Shown: in pieces, positions 11,156 to 23,225 of the stretch
Numbering within the stretch: position 1 is the stretch's first letter
Layout of the letters: every line of letters starts with the position of its first letter
Assembly (NCBI GenBank): GCA_002314935.1
Contig: DCHW01000026.1
Location: forward strand, 1 to 47,508
Length of the DNA stretch: 47,508 bases
Origin: Clostridiales bacterium UBA1742
GTDB taxonomy: Bacteria > Bacillota > Clostridia > TANB77 > CAG-508
Reading direction: 5' to 3'
Notes under the pieces: generated by a model
Databases searched by the model: none
What the model was told of the DNA's origin: nothing
The model's input: only the letters and a program-made list of their open reading frames with translations
Translations under genes and position numbers: made by a program

Positions 11156-13096
11156 ATGAATTATAAAATACAAAGAAATTTAAAAAAGAATAAAAAAGTT
11201 TTTGTAATTGCAATAATAATATGGATTGTATTATCCATATTATTTTCTATGCCGGTTGCAAAAAGTATTGTAGAATCAAAGGTTAATCGGAATCTTTGAT
11301 TTTAATATTTTTGTGGATAAAATTTTTGGAAATTTAGGAAATGTAGGAACTAATTTGGGAGTTCCTTTTATTGCTAAATATAGTAATACATTTTTTAAAA
11401 CAGAAGGTATAGTTACAGTATGCGTGTTATTTTTTACAATAATAGGATTTATAAAAACAATGCCAAAACACGAATTTTCTGATATTGAACATGGATCAAG
11501 TGATTGGGCAACAGGAGGAGAAGAATATGAAGTATTAAGTCCTAAAAAAGGAATTTTGCTTGCAGAAAAACATTATTTACCTGTTGATAAAAGAGGAAAT
11601 ACAAATATATTAGTTGTTGGACGGTTCAGGTTCTCGGAAAATCTGCATCTTACGTTATTCCAAATGCATATCAATTATTAGGATCATATATTTTTACAGA
11701 CCCTAAGGGAGAACTTTACGATAAAAGTGCTGGATATTTAAAAAGCCAAGGGTATGATATTAAAATATTAAATTTAGTAAATCCAAGAAATAGTGATGGA
11801 TATAATCCACTAATGCATATTAGAAACGAAATAGATGTTGACGTTATTGCAAATACAATTGTTAAGGGACAAAGTGATGTAAAAAATCAATCAGATCCAT
11901 ATTGGGATGATATGGCTGAAATGCTATTAAAAGCATTAATATATTATTTACTTGCAAAAAGACCAATAGAAGAACAAAATTTAGCAAGTTGTGCTGAACT
12001 TGTAAGAACTGCAAATAATAACGGTGGAGGAAATTTATTAACCGAATTAATGAGTGAATTACCTTATGATCATCCAGCAAGAATGTTTTATAAGTCTATT
12101 GAAATTGCACCAGATAAAACATATAGTTCTATTTTATCATCTTTACAATCAAAATTAGGTAAATTTGATTCTAAAGAAATTGCAGAATTAACATCTACAA
12201 ATACAATAGATTTTGAAGAAATTGGAAGGAAAAAGACTGCTGTATATGTAATTTCTTCAGATACTCATTCAGCATATGATTTCTTGCTTACAATATTCTT
12301 TTCACAGATGATACAAAGACTATATGATTCAGCAGACCAAAATGGTGGAGCTTTATCTACTCCTGCATACTTTATATTAGATGAGTTTGCAAATATAGGA
12401 AGAATACCAGATTTTGATAAAAAAATATCAACATCAAGAAGTAGAAAAATTTCATTTAGTGTTATTTTACAAAATTTAGATCAATTAGAGGCAGTTTATG
12501 AAAAATCACATGAAACAATAATAGGTAACTGTGATACTACAATTTTCTTGGGAAGTAACTCTCAAAAAACAGTTGAATATTTTTCTAAAGAATTAGGAGA
12601 AAAAACAATATCTAGAGATAGTTGGTCAGTAAGTAAAGATAAAAACATGTTTAGACAAGGGTATAATAAATCTGATCAAATAATGGCAAGAGCATTAATG
12701 ACACCAGATGAATTAAGAAGATTAGATAATGATTTATGTATTATATTTGAAAAAGGAATAAAACCTATAAAAGCACCAAAATATTATTATTTTAAATATA
12801 ATACTGCAAGATTGGTTAATGAATATGCATCAAGTCATAATGATATAGAACCAATAGATAGAGGAACTTGGAGAAAATACAATCCATATAATCCTTATGT
12901 AGAAACAACAGAAGAGGAAAAGACAAATACTAAAATAGAAAGTTTAGATGATTTGTTTGACGATGAGCCAGTAGCAAATAAAATTGATGAAAACAACAAT
13001 ATAAATCAAGAACCAGAAGAAGAAACTTATGATATACAAAAAGAATTAGAAGCAAAATTTGATGAATTATTTGGGGCATTAGAAGATGATGATTAA
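11156..13096 (+). CDS. VirD4/TraG-like type IV coupling ATPase, ~645 aa after three +1 shifts (C11288, C11622, C11635)
   Basis: Two N-terminal TM segments, EHGSSDWA, NILVVG[c]GSGS[c]GKSASYVIPN (Walker A), FTDPKGE, LDEFANIG (Walker B) and LMTPDELRRL. Confidence 0.88.
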
Positions 13097-13100
13097 ACTA

Positions 13101-13128
13101 TAAAGACGATTTTTTAAATCGTCTTTTA
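13101..13128 (+). terminator. Hairpin or terminator
   Basis: aaagacgattt-ttt-aaatcgtcttt. Confidence 0.6.
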
Positions 13129-13143
13129 TTAAGGGGATAATAA

Positions 13144-13732
13144 ATGAATATAGGAATAGATTTAGATGATACAATAGCAAAAACAGCACATAGTTTTTTT
13201 AAATATGGAAGAAAATTTAATAAAGAAAAAAATATTAAATTTAAAATAAAACGAAATGAATGGGACTTTGATAAAGCTTTTGGGTGGACAGAAATTGATA
13301 TAAAAAATTTCTTTGAAAATTATTTAGAAGATTTATTTAATTCTGTAAAACCAAAAAAAAATGCAAAAAAGATAATAAAGATATTAAAAAATAAAGGACA
13401 TAAAATTATAATTATTACAGCAAGAAGTGAAAATGATACGGAAAATATATATAATATTACTAAAAATTGGTTTGATAAATACAATATAAAAGTAGATATA
13501 GTGGAGGTAAATTCAAAAGATAAAGTAGAAAAATGTATAAATAATAATATTGATATATTTATAGATGACCGGTATTTATCATTGTGAAAATGTATATAAT
13601 AAATTAAATATTCCGGTATTATTAATGGATAGTCCATATAATAAAAAATATAAAAATGATAAAATTAAAAGAGTTTTTAATTGGAGAGAAATATATAAAG
13701 AAATAAAAAAAATAGAAGCAGACCAGTTATAA
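13144..13732 (+). CDS. HAD-superfamily 5'(3')-nucleotidase-like protein, ~195 aa after a +1 shift at C13570
   Basis: DLDDT motif I, IITAR, FIDD[c]GIYHC..., and the typical C-terminus LMDSPYN...RVFNWREIY in the +1 frame. Confidence 0.85.
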
Positions 13733-13755
13733 GATCTGCTTACTTTTTATTATTT

Positions 13756-15592
13756 TTATTTAACTGATTTTTTTAAAGGAATACTAATTGTAAATATTGT
13801 TCCTGTACCATCTTCTGTTTGATAAGATAATGAACCACCAAAATGTGCTTTAATATTTGAGTATGACATAAATAATCCTAAACCAGTTCCATTTTTTCCT
13901 TTAGTAGTAATCATTTCTTTAAATAATTTTTCTTGAACTTTTTTTGGTAATCCCCCTGCGTTATCTTTAATTGTAATTAATAAGTTGGTTTTATCAGGAG
14001 AAGAAATGTTTAATAATATTTTTTCGTTTGTCTTATTATTAGAAACATATGCTTGAATAGCATTTGAAATTATATTATTAATAACTTGGATCAAACTATT
14101 CATATTTCCTTGGACAATAGTATCTTTTGAAATCTCAACATTGGTTTCCATATCGGTAAGAGAACTTTTTAATTCATGTTTCATAAGAATGTCAACCATT
14201 CTAACTAATTCATCAATTGTAAAGTCAGTTGAAGTTTGATCTTCAAATGAAACTGCTTGTCCCTTTATTGCTGTAATAATATCTGACATATATGATAAAT
14301 GGCCTCTAACTTTTTCAATCCATACATTCATATCATGTGCAATTTCGTGATGATCTTTTGCATTAACATCTGGATCTTCGATACTTTCATCATATTCTTT
14401 AATTAAATCAGACAATCCTTCTGCAGCACCAGAAATAGACATTATAGGTGTTTTTAAGTTATGAGCAATACCACCAATCATTTGTCCAAGAGATGCTAAA
14501 CGTTCTTTTTCTACAAGCATATCCTGGTTATCTTTAATGGTTTCCATATCTAATTTATGCTGAGTTATATCTTTAAAAAGAATAAGGGTACCTAAGTGTG
14601 AACCTTTATTGGTAATACTATTTATTTCAACATTAAAATATTTGTTGTAATCTGAAAAATATTTTTCAAAATTAATAGTTTGATTGTTAGATTTTGTAGC
14701 TGCTATTGAATTTGCCAATAATTCTGTATTTTCTTGTGTTTTTGTAAAATGTTTTAATAATTCAAAAAGACTAATATTTCTTATTTGATTTGCTTTAAAA
14801 TTAAATAAATCTAAAAATGTTTGATTAAAGTCAGTAATAACAACATCATCATTAAGAATTATATATCCGGTCAGATATTCTATCAACAATTCTTTGGAGT
14901 GCTATTGGAGCTACTTTTAAAAAGTCAAATTTGAATATAGCTAAAGCATAAAGCAAAAATGCAATAGCAAATGACATAGGTGTTACATAAATAGACATTT
15001 TAATTATACCAAATGTACCTAATACATTAATTAAAACAGATATTATTGAACCTAATGCTACTAATAAGGATTGTTTTGAAAAGAATCCAGCATTTTTAAT
15101 TGAAAATCTTATAAAATTTATTAATCCTATAACAAGCAATATATATGTATAAAGAGAATGAACAATCAAATAAGGACCAACTATACATTCATTTAAATTA
15201 ATAGAATATTTTTTGTAAAATAAATGGTGTAAATCATTTGTCCACAATATTAATAATGATATTATTGGTACAATAAATAATAATAAATATTTTTTGTTAA
15301 ATTTAAATTTTGTATTTGCAAAAGAAATTGAAAGTAACAAAAATACAACCGGTAAGAAGCAAGCATTGATATATACTAAATAATCAAAATATATTGGATT
15401 TATATTTAGTTTTAAACTTAATGTTGCTTGTAAAATAAGTTCAATTAACCAAAAAATTAATAATAAACATAGTACACTAAAAAGTTTATGTACTTGAGTT
15501 TTATTTTTCTTTTTAATTAAAATTACAAATAAAAAGAAAAATATTAAGCATGTAACAACTAAAGCTGCAATTGTGGTAGTAGAAGCTAACAT
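13756..15592 (-). CDS. Sensor histidine kinase with N-terminal 7TM domain, PAS, HisKA and HATPase, ~611 aa after a +1 shift at 14869
   Basis: Seven hydrophobic segments, then VDRISD[c]GYIILND (typical PAS start), H-box AHNLKTP, N-box NIISNAIQA, DNAGG and GTGLGL. Confidence 0.88.
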
Positions 15593-18500
15593 TTACAACA
15601 CCTTCCTTAGTAAATTAATAAATTTTATCATATATTTATCGTTTATTTTAGGCCAATTAAATCCAAGTTTAGATAAATATTTTATTGTATAATCTGACTT
15701 AACTATTATATTTGATTTATAAGATAAATGCAAATCTTTATCCATATCATTTATCAATAAATTTAAATTCTTTTTTTCTTTTTGGTTATGTAAAATTCTA
15801 TTTATATGTTTTTCAAATTCTTGTTCATCAACTATTTTCAAATTTGAATTTAATGTTTTAAAATAATTTATACAAGTATTTATATATACATGATTATGGT
15901 TAAACAAATGATATATTCTTGTATTAGTATTTGGATGAGTAAGTAGTTTTAATATAGCAGTAGAAATTGTATCAATAGGGGTAAATTCCAAATAATTTTC
16001 TAATAAAGAAGTTGGAACAATACCAATTTTTATAAATGCTATAATTCTATTTATAAATGCATTATCTGAAAAATTTTCTTGGAATAATCCGTCTTTTAAT
16101 CTTGGCATTAAATTTCCAACACGTAAAATATATGCATCTAATCCATCTAATATGGCATCTAATATTAAACATTCTGCTTCAAATTTTGTTTTCAAATAAA
16201 CATTTTCTAAAGATTGGCCAATATATAAACTATTTTCATTAAAATATTTAATTTCATCACTTGTTTGTTTGACAAATTCTGCATCAAAAGCATTTCCGGA
16301 AACACTAAGTGTTGAGATATGGTAAAGCTTTTTATTAAAGCTTTTACAAAATTCAATTGTATGTATAACACTTTTTACGTTTGAATTATAAAAATCACTA
16401 TAATTACCGTAATGTGTTACCCTAGCTGCTGTATTAATTACAACAGAAATATTATTAGAGATATTGAGCAATTCTTCTTGGTTTAGCCCAAACCCAGGCA
16501 TACTAATATCGCCTGTAATTGCAAAAATTCTTTTACCTAATAATTTGTCATATTTATTTCCAAAATAATAATGTAATTTTTGTAATAATTTAGCTTGAGC
16601 TGTTAATCCGGGTTCTTCTCTAACAAGACAATATATATTACCTTTTTCCTTTTTTATAAATTCTGATAAAATATGCATTCCTAAAAAACCTGTTGCACCT
16701 GTTAAAAGAATATTTCCTGGATTTGAATATTTTAATTGAAAGATACTAGGAACTTTTGTGTTTGAAAATAATGGTTTATATTTATTATAATTTTTTTCCA
16801 TATATTTAAAATCAAAATTCTCATTTTTAGAATTTATTTTTTTAATTAATTTAGTAATTGTTGGATATTTAAATATATCAGAATAAGTTATATTTTCATA
16901 TTTTTTTCGTAATTCTATATTTAAATTCATTGCCAAAATAGAATCTCCACCAAGTTCAAAAAAATTATCTGTTATGCCAATTGGACTAATATTTAAAATA
17001 TCTTCCCAGATGGAAACAAGTTCTTTTTCAATATCAGTTTTAGCTAAAATATATTCTTTTTTATCGTTATTATTTAATATTTCTTTAGGTAAAGGCAAAG
17101 CTTTTTTATTAATTTTACCATTTGGAGTATATGGAAAATCTTCTAGTGTTGTGAAATAAGATGGAACCATATATTTTGGTAAAAATGAAGCTAAATAATC
17201 TCTTAATTTTGAAACATTAATTCTTTTTTCTTGTACGAAATATGCAGAAAGGAAATCACGGTTATCTATAGTTTGTTTAATTACACATGCTTTTTTTATA
17301 TTTGGATAAGATAAAATTTTATTTTCAATTTCATCTAATTCAATTCTTAATCCTCTAATTTTTATTTGATTATCAATTCTTCCTAAATATTGCAATTCTA
17401 AATTTTTATTTAAAGAACATAAATCTCCGGTTTTATACATAATAGAATTTGGAAGAAATTTATTTTCAATATAGCTTAATTTTGTTAAAGCTTCATTATT
17501 TAAATATCCCAGTCCAACACCATCACCTGAAATATATAATTCACCAGGAATATTTATTGGACATATATTTTTATTTTTATCTAATATATATGTTTGTGTA
17601 TTTGCTAATGGTTTACCAATGTTAACATGTTTAAAAGATGTTACATCTGTAAATGTTGAAAAAATAGTAGTTTCACTTGGACCATATCCATTATATACTT
17701 TATTAATCTTTAAATCTAATAGTTTAGAAAGCAATAAATCTGGCAATGCTTCTCCTGCAAGAATAACATATTTTAATGGTGATAAAGTATCAACATTTAT
17801 ATTGTCTATAAATAATTGCATTCTTGAAGGTGTCATTTGTATAATTTCAACATTGTGTTTTTTTATTAAATTAAATAATTTTTCCGGTATATGTTGTTCT
17901 TCTTCGTTTGCAATAATAATTTTTAATCCTTTTTGTAAACATATTAATGTTTCAAAAATAAAAATATCAAAACTAATAGTAGTAACAGATGCTATTGTTT
18001 TAGAAATATTTTCTTCATTAAAAAACAAAATAGAATTATTTAAATAAGTTGTAAGATTGGTAATTGAAGAATGTTTTAACATAACTCCCTTAGGCATTCC
18101 AGTAGAGCCTGAAGTATATATTACATAGGCTAAATCTTCTGAACTATTTATATTTTCTAAATTTATTTTGTTTTCAGCATAAATTGAACTAGATAATTCA
18201 ACAAAAATTTTATTATCAAAATCAATGGTATCTTTCAGACTTTCAAATGTTAAAAGATATTTACTATTACTATTTTGTAACATATACTCAATTCTATCTT
18301 GAGGATATGTTGGATCAATAGGAATATAACAGCCACCAGATTTTAGAACTGCTAGTATACTAACAATCATTTCTAAAGAACGATTAACCATTATTCCTAC
18401 AATATCATTTCTAGAAATACCATTATTTCTTAAATAATATGCTAAACTATTTGCTTTTTCATTTAATTCTTTATATGTTAATTTTTTATTTTCAAAAACT

Positions 18501-21500
18501 ATTGCAATATTATTTGGTGTTTTTTTCACTTGTTCTTCAAATAATTGAGAAATTGTTTTATCTTTTGGGTATTCCATATTTGTATTATTAAATTCATATA
18601 ATATTTTATTTTTTTCTTTTTCAGAAAGCATATCAATATCAGCTATTTTAATATCAATATTGTTTAAAATAGCATTTATAATATTTTTATAATGTACTGA
18701 TAAATTTTCTATAAAGAATTTATCAAATAATTTAGTACAATATTCAAAAGATAAATTTAGTCCATCATTATTTGGAATAATTTCTAAAGATAAATCGAAT
18801 TTTGAAATATTTGTATCTGGTATATAATATTCTGATTTTATGTCAGCAAAATTAACAGAAGAATTGCCATTATTTTGATATATAAACATAGTATCAAAAA
18901 GTGGGTTTCTACTGGTATCTCTTTGAATATTTAAATTGTTTACCAATTCATCAAAAGGATAATCTTGATATTTATAATTAGCTAAACAAATTTCTTTAAT
19001 GTGTGTCAAAAAGTCTTTAGATGTATTTTTAGGAACAATTTTTGCTCTAATAGGTAATGTGTTTACAAACATTCCAATAACATTAAAAAAATCAGAAGAA
19101 GATCTTCCAACTACTGGAGATCCAACAATAATGTCATTTTGATCAGTATATTTATATAATAGTATATAATATGCTGATAATAAAAACATATATGGGGTAA
19201 TATGTAAATCATTACATAAATTTTCTATTTTTTTTGTAGTTTGTATATCAAAATTAAAATTAAATTTTTTGCCATCAAAAGATTTAATTGCAGGTCTTGA
19301 ATATGTGGTAGGCATATTTAAAGATGGAATTTCATCACTAAATTGATTTATCCAATATTTTTTAGCTTCAATAAATTCACCAGATGCAAATTTTTTCTGC
19401 TCAAAATTAATATAATCAGTGTAAGTTACGTTTAAATTATCAAGAGCTTCACCATTATATAGTTTACATAGCTCATCTATAAATATAGATAAAGAGGTAC
19501 CATCAGATATGATATGATGCATATCCACAAAAAATGCACTTTTACCATTTGATAAATTAATATATTTTGCTCTTATAAGTGGAGCATTTGATAAATCAAA
19601 TGGTTTAACAAAACTTTTAAATTCTTCATGCAAAGTAGTAGTTGGTACATTGTTTTTGACTTCTAAGTTAAATGATACATCATTATCAATTTTTTGAATA
19701 AGTTTATTATCACGTGTTAAAAAATGTGTTCTAAAAGATGGATGTCTTTGTACTAACTCTTTTATACATTTTTCTAATTTAATAGAATCTAAAGGACTAT
19801 TTAAAATAATTCCTCCAGGTGTGTTATATAATGTTGATTCTGTGCCAGCAATATTTGAGTTATAATAAATTCTTTTTTGAGCTGATGAAAGTTCAAAAAA
19901 TGAATTAGAGGATAAATCTATAGATTTTTCTTTGTTTGTAATATGGTATGTAGATCTTTTTTCAATAAAATCAGAAAGCATTTTTATTGTTGGATATGTA
20001 AAAATATCTTGAGCTGAAACATTAAATCCATTATTGTATAAAAAAACTTGTAGCTTAATTGAACTTAAAGAGTCTCCACCTAAATCAAAAAAATTATCAT
20101 TAATTCCTATGCTGTCTAAATTTAAAACAGATTTAAAAGCATTAACTAATTCTAATTGAAGTTTGTTTGAAGCTTTTTCATAATTAGAAGAGCTTGACAT
20201 TTTTATGTTGTTAAGAGCTTTTTTGTCTATTTTCCCATTGCTTGTTAGTTTGAATTGGTCAACCTGAACTATATAATTTGGTATAAAATATAAAGGTAAT
20301 TTATTTTGCAAAAATATTTTTAATTTATCAATAGAAATAGTTGTATTGGAAGTAAAATATGCAATAAGTTTATTTTTAGAATAAATTACAATGCATTTTT
20401 CAATATCAGGATATAAGTAAATAACTTTTTCAATTTCTCCAAGTTCAATCCTATGTCCATTAATTTTTACTTGTGAATCATTTCTTCCAACAAAACTTAT
20501 GGTGCCGTCATTATTCCATTTGACAAGATCTCCTGTTTTATATGCAATATCATTACAATATGAAAGTTTTATAAAAGACTCTTTATTAAGATTTGTATTA
20601 AAAATATATCCTTTGCTTAAGTTATCTCCTGTAATATACAATTCACCTATACTTCCAATTGGTATCAACATTAAATTTGAGTTTAAAACAAATAATTTTA
20701 AATTAGAAAGTGGTTTGCCAATTGGAATAATATTATAATTATTGATATTTTCAGTAGACAATGAATAAGACGTAGCACATATAGTAGTTTCTGTTGGTCC
20801 ATAAGCATTTATTATAGTACAATTTGAATTTAAATTATAATATTGTTTTACAATGTTATAATGTATTGGTTCTACACCTAATAATATTTTATTAATTTTA
20901 TTATATTTTTTTTCAAATAGTATTTTATATACATCATCTAGTAAATTAGGTGGTATATATAGCATGGTTATATTATTGTTTATAATACAGTCACAATAAT
21001 TAAATATATTAGTAATTGAATTTTCTGTATATAAACATAAAGTAGAACCATTTAATAATGAAATAAAAATTTCAAAAATACTTACATCAAAACAAATACT
21101 TGTTGAAGCTAATATTCTATCTTCAGAAGAAATATTTTTAAAAGAGTTGTTAAAAGAGTGAATAAAATTATTTAAGTTTTTATGAGTAATAGCAACTCCT
21201 TTTGGATTTCCAGTTGAACCAGAAGTATAAATGACATATAAAATATCTGAAGGTGTATTTTCATTTTTTAAGTTAAGGTTATTGAATGTAGAATAGTTTA
21301 TTTCATCAATATTAATTATTGTATAATTAGTATTTAAAGTTGGTATAGATTTTGTGTTAGTTAAAATGTATTTTGAATTGCTATTTTGTATGATATATTT
21401 TATTCTATCAATAGGATAATCTGGGATAATTGGCAAATATGTATTTCCAGATTTTACAATAGCCAAAATAGAAACAATTAAATCTATAGAGCGATTTAAT

Positions 21501-23044
21501 ATAGTAGGAATCATACTGCCATGAGGTATTTTTAAACTTTTTAAATACGTAGCCAAACTATTTGCTTTTTCATTTAATTCTTTATATGTTAATTTTTGAT
21601 TTTCAAAAACAACGGCAATATTATCTGGTGTTTTTCTTACTTGTTCTTCAAACAATTCTGAAATTGTTTTATCTTTTGGATAATCCATATATGTATTATT
21701 AAAATCATATAATAGTTTTTCTTTTTCATAAGGTGTTACTATTTCTATATCCTTTAAATTTATTTCTTCGTTATCTAGTATTTGATTTATAATATTTAAA
21801 ATTCTAGCATGAATAGAGCAAATATCATCAAGTGAATATTTAGCTGTTTGATAATCATATGCAATATTTAAAGTTCCAGTATTATCTAAATCAAAAATAT
21901 GTATGTCAAGACTATCAACTATATAGTCAGGTGTAGACCAGCTAGAAACAAAATTAATTTTTGAATTAGGACTATCAGTTCTCATGTTTTGGTAAGAAAA
22001 TCCTATATCATATAAATTAGGAATAGAAGAATTTTGTTTTCTTAAATCTTCTAATAAATATTGATAAGGATATTTTTGATGTCTAAAAATATCAAAAAAG
22101 TCACTTGAAATTTTAGAAATAAATTCAGAAAATTTCAGTTCGTTATTTATAGTTACTTTAAAAGGAACATTACTAATAAACATACCTGTTGTATGTTTAT
22201 CTTTAAAATTTGATCTATTTAAAATAGGTGTACCTATTACAAATTCATTTAAATTCGAAACTCTACCAAGATATAAAGCAATAATTCCCATAAAAAAATT
22301 AAAAGGAGATGCTTTGCATTTTTTTGAAAAATTATTTATTAATTCAAAAGTTTCTGTAGGTAAAGTAAAAACTTTTCTTTTAGCTAAAGGATTAAATTTT
22401 GAAACATCATTGGATGTTAAAGAACTTGGAATTGAGGCTAGTTCTGGAACATTAGCATAGATAGAATTCCAATATTCTTTATCTTTTAAGAATTTATTAC
22501 TTTTTAAATATTCATTTTCTGTTTCTATATAATCAATATATGATGGAAAACTAAAGTCATTTTTGTTAGGATTTTCAAGTAATTCAGAATATATATTAAT
22601 AATTCCATCAATAATAAGGCCAGATGTCCAAGCATCGGCAATTAAGTGATGGATACTAATAACAAAGCCACCATGATTATCTGGAAATTTAAAAAGTTTT
22701 GCAGAATATAGTTTAGAATTAAGGACATCAAAAGAAGTATTAGAAAGTTTTTTTTCTAATTTTTTTACATCCTTGTTAGATTCAACATTAATTATCTCAA
22801 TAGGAAATTCTTCAAAATTTTGTAAAACTTGAACAACACCTTCTGGAGATTTTATAAATTTTAAATTAAAACTTGCATTGTTTTTTGCAAATAAATTAAT
22901 TGCTTTACATAGAAGTTCAAAATTAACATTTTCATTAATTATTACACTACCTGCAATATTTTCTACAGGAATTCCATTATATACTTCCTCTGTAAACCAA
23001 ATTGATTTTTGTGGGTTGGTTAAATTATAAATATTATTGTTCAT
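15593..23044 (-). CDS. Bimodular NRPS, C-A-T-C-A-T-R (terminal thioester reductase)
   Basis: C domains HHLIAD and HHIISDG, A domains YTSGSTGNPKG and YTSGSTGMPKG, T domains LGGDSL and LGGDSI, R domain TGATGFLG...YLKTK. Confidence 0.95.
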   Translation of the reverse strand: MNNNIYNLTNPQKSIWFTEEVYNGIPVENIAGSVIINENVNFELLCKAINLFAKNNASFNLKFIKSPEGVVQVLQNFEEFPIEIINVESNKDVKKLEKKLSNTSFDVLNSKLYSAKLFKFPDNHGGFVISIHHLIADAWTSGLIIDGIINIYSELLENPNKNDFSFPSYIDYIETENEYLKSNKFLKDKEYWNSIYANVPELASIPSSLTSNDVSKFNPLAKRKVFTLPTETFELINNFSKKCKASPFNFFMGIIALYLGRVSNLNEFVIGTPILNRSNFKDKHTTGMFISNVPFKVTINNELKFSEFISKISSDFFDIFRHQKYPYQYLLEDLRKQNSSIPNLYDIGFSYQNMRTDSPNSKINFVSSWSTPDYIVDSLDIHIFDLDNTGTLNIAYDYQTAKYSLDDICSIHARILNIINQILDNEEINLKDIEIVTPYEKEKLLYDFNNTYMDYPKDKTISELFEEQVRKTPDNIAVVFENQKLTYKELNEKANSLATYLKSLKIPHGSMIPTILNRSIDLIVSILAIVKSGNTYLPIIPDYPIDRIKYIIQNSNSKYILTNTKSIPTLNTNYTIINIDEINYSTFNNLNLKNENTPSDILYVIYTSGSTGNPKGVAITHKNLNNFIHSFNNSFKNISSEDRILASTSICFDVSIFEIFISLLNGSTLCLYTENSITNIFNYCDCIINNNITMLYIPPNLLDDVYKILFEKKYNKINKILLGVEPIHYNIVKQYYNLNSNCTIINAYGPTETTICATSYSLSTENINNYNIIPIGKPLSNLKLFVLNSNLMLIPIGSIGELYITGDNLSKGYIFNTNLNKESFIKLSYCNDIAYKTGDLVKWNNDGTISFVGRNDSQVKINGHRIELGEIEKVIYLYPDIEKCIVIYSKNKLIAYFTSNTTISIDKLKIFLQNKLPLYFIPNYIVQVDQFKLTSNGKIDKKALNNIKMSSSSNYEKASNKLQLELVNAFKSVLNLDSIGINDNFFDLGGDSLSSIKLQVFLYNNGFNVSAQDIFTYPTIKMLSDFIEKRSTYHITNKEKSIDLSSNSFFELSSAQKRIYYNSNIAGTESTLYNTPGGIILNSPLDSIKLEKCIKELVQRHPSFRTHFLTRDNKLIQKIDNDVSFNLEVKNNVPTTTLHEEFKSFVKPFDLSNAPLIRAKYINLSNGKSAFFVDMHHIISDGTSLSIFIDELCKLYNGEALDNLNVTYTDYINFEQKKFASGEFIEAKKYWINQFSDEIPSLNMPTTYSRPAIKSFDGKKFNFNFDIQTTKKIENLCNDLHITPYMFLLSAYYILLYKYTDQNDIIVGSPVVGRSSSDFFNVIGMFVNTLPIRAKIVPKNTSKDFLTHIKEICLANYKYQDYPFDELVNNLNIQRDTSRNPLFDTMFIYQNNGNSSVNFADIKSEYYIPDTNISKFDLSLEIIPNNDGLNLSFEYCTKLFDKFFIENLSVHYKNIINAILNNIDIKIADIDMLSEKEKNKILYEFNNTNMEYPKDKTISQLFEEQVKKTPNNIAIVFENKKLTYKELNEKANSLAYYLRNNGISRNDIVGIMVNRSLEMIVSILAVLKSGGCYIPIDPTYPQDRIEYMLQNSNSKYLLTFESLKDTIDFDNKIFVELSSSIYAENKINLENINSSEDLAYVIYTSGSTGMPKGVMLKHSSITNLTTYLNNSILFFNEENISKTIASVTTISFDIFIFETLICLQKGLKIIIANEEEQHIPEKLFNLIKKHNVEIIQMTPSRMQLFIDNINVDTLSPLKYVILAGEALPDLLLSKLLDLKINKVYNGYGPSETTIFSTFTDVTSFKHVNIGKPLANTQTYILDKNKNICPINIPGELYISGDGVGLGYLNNEALTKLSYIENKFLPNSIMYKTGDLCSLNKNLELQYLGRIDNQIKIRGLRIELDEIENKILSYPNIKKACVIKQTIDNRDFLSAYFVQEKRINVSKLRDYLASFLPKYMVPSYFTTLEDFPYTPNGKINKKALPLPKEILNNNDKKEYILAKTDIEKELVSIWEDILNISPIGITDNFFELGGDSILAMNLNIELRKKYENITYSDIFKYPTITKLIKKINSKNENFDFKYMEKNYNKYKPLFSNTKVPSIFQLKYSNPGNILLTGATGFLGMHILSEFIKKEKGNIYCLVREEPGLTAQAKLLQKLHYYFGNKYDKLLGKRIFAITGDISMPGFGLNQEELLNISNNISVVINTAARVTHYGNYSDFYNSNVKSVIHTIEFCKSFNKKLYHISTLSVSGNAFDAEFVKQTSDEIKYFNENSLYIGQSLENVYLKTKFEAECLILDAILDGLDAYILRVGNLMPRLKDGLFQENFSDNAFINRIIAFIKIGIVPTSLLENYLEFTPIDTISTAILKLLTHPNTNTRIYHLFNHNHVYINTCINYFKTLNSNLKIVDEQEFEKHINRILHNQKEKKNLNLLINDMDKDLHLSYKSNIIVKSDYTIKYLSKLGFNWPKINDKYMIKFINLLRKVL

Positions 23045-23225
23045 AAAACCACCTTTTAATTATACATCCTAATTATTAAAATTTATCATATTAATAATCA
23101 ATCGAATTATATCATAAAAGCTAACAAAAACAAGTACTTTTGGGAAAAAATATGACATAAAAACAATAAAATAATGATTTAAAATTTATAAATTTGTTAA
23201 TAATAAATTTATTGGAAGGTGAAGA

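Noticed and set aside
18446-21700. Similar nucleotide stretches at the starts of the two NRPS A domains
   Set aside because: This is the expected module paralogy within one NRPS.
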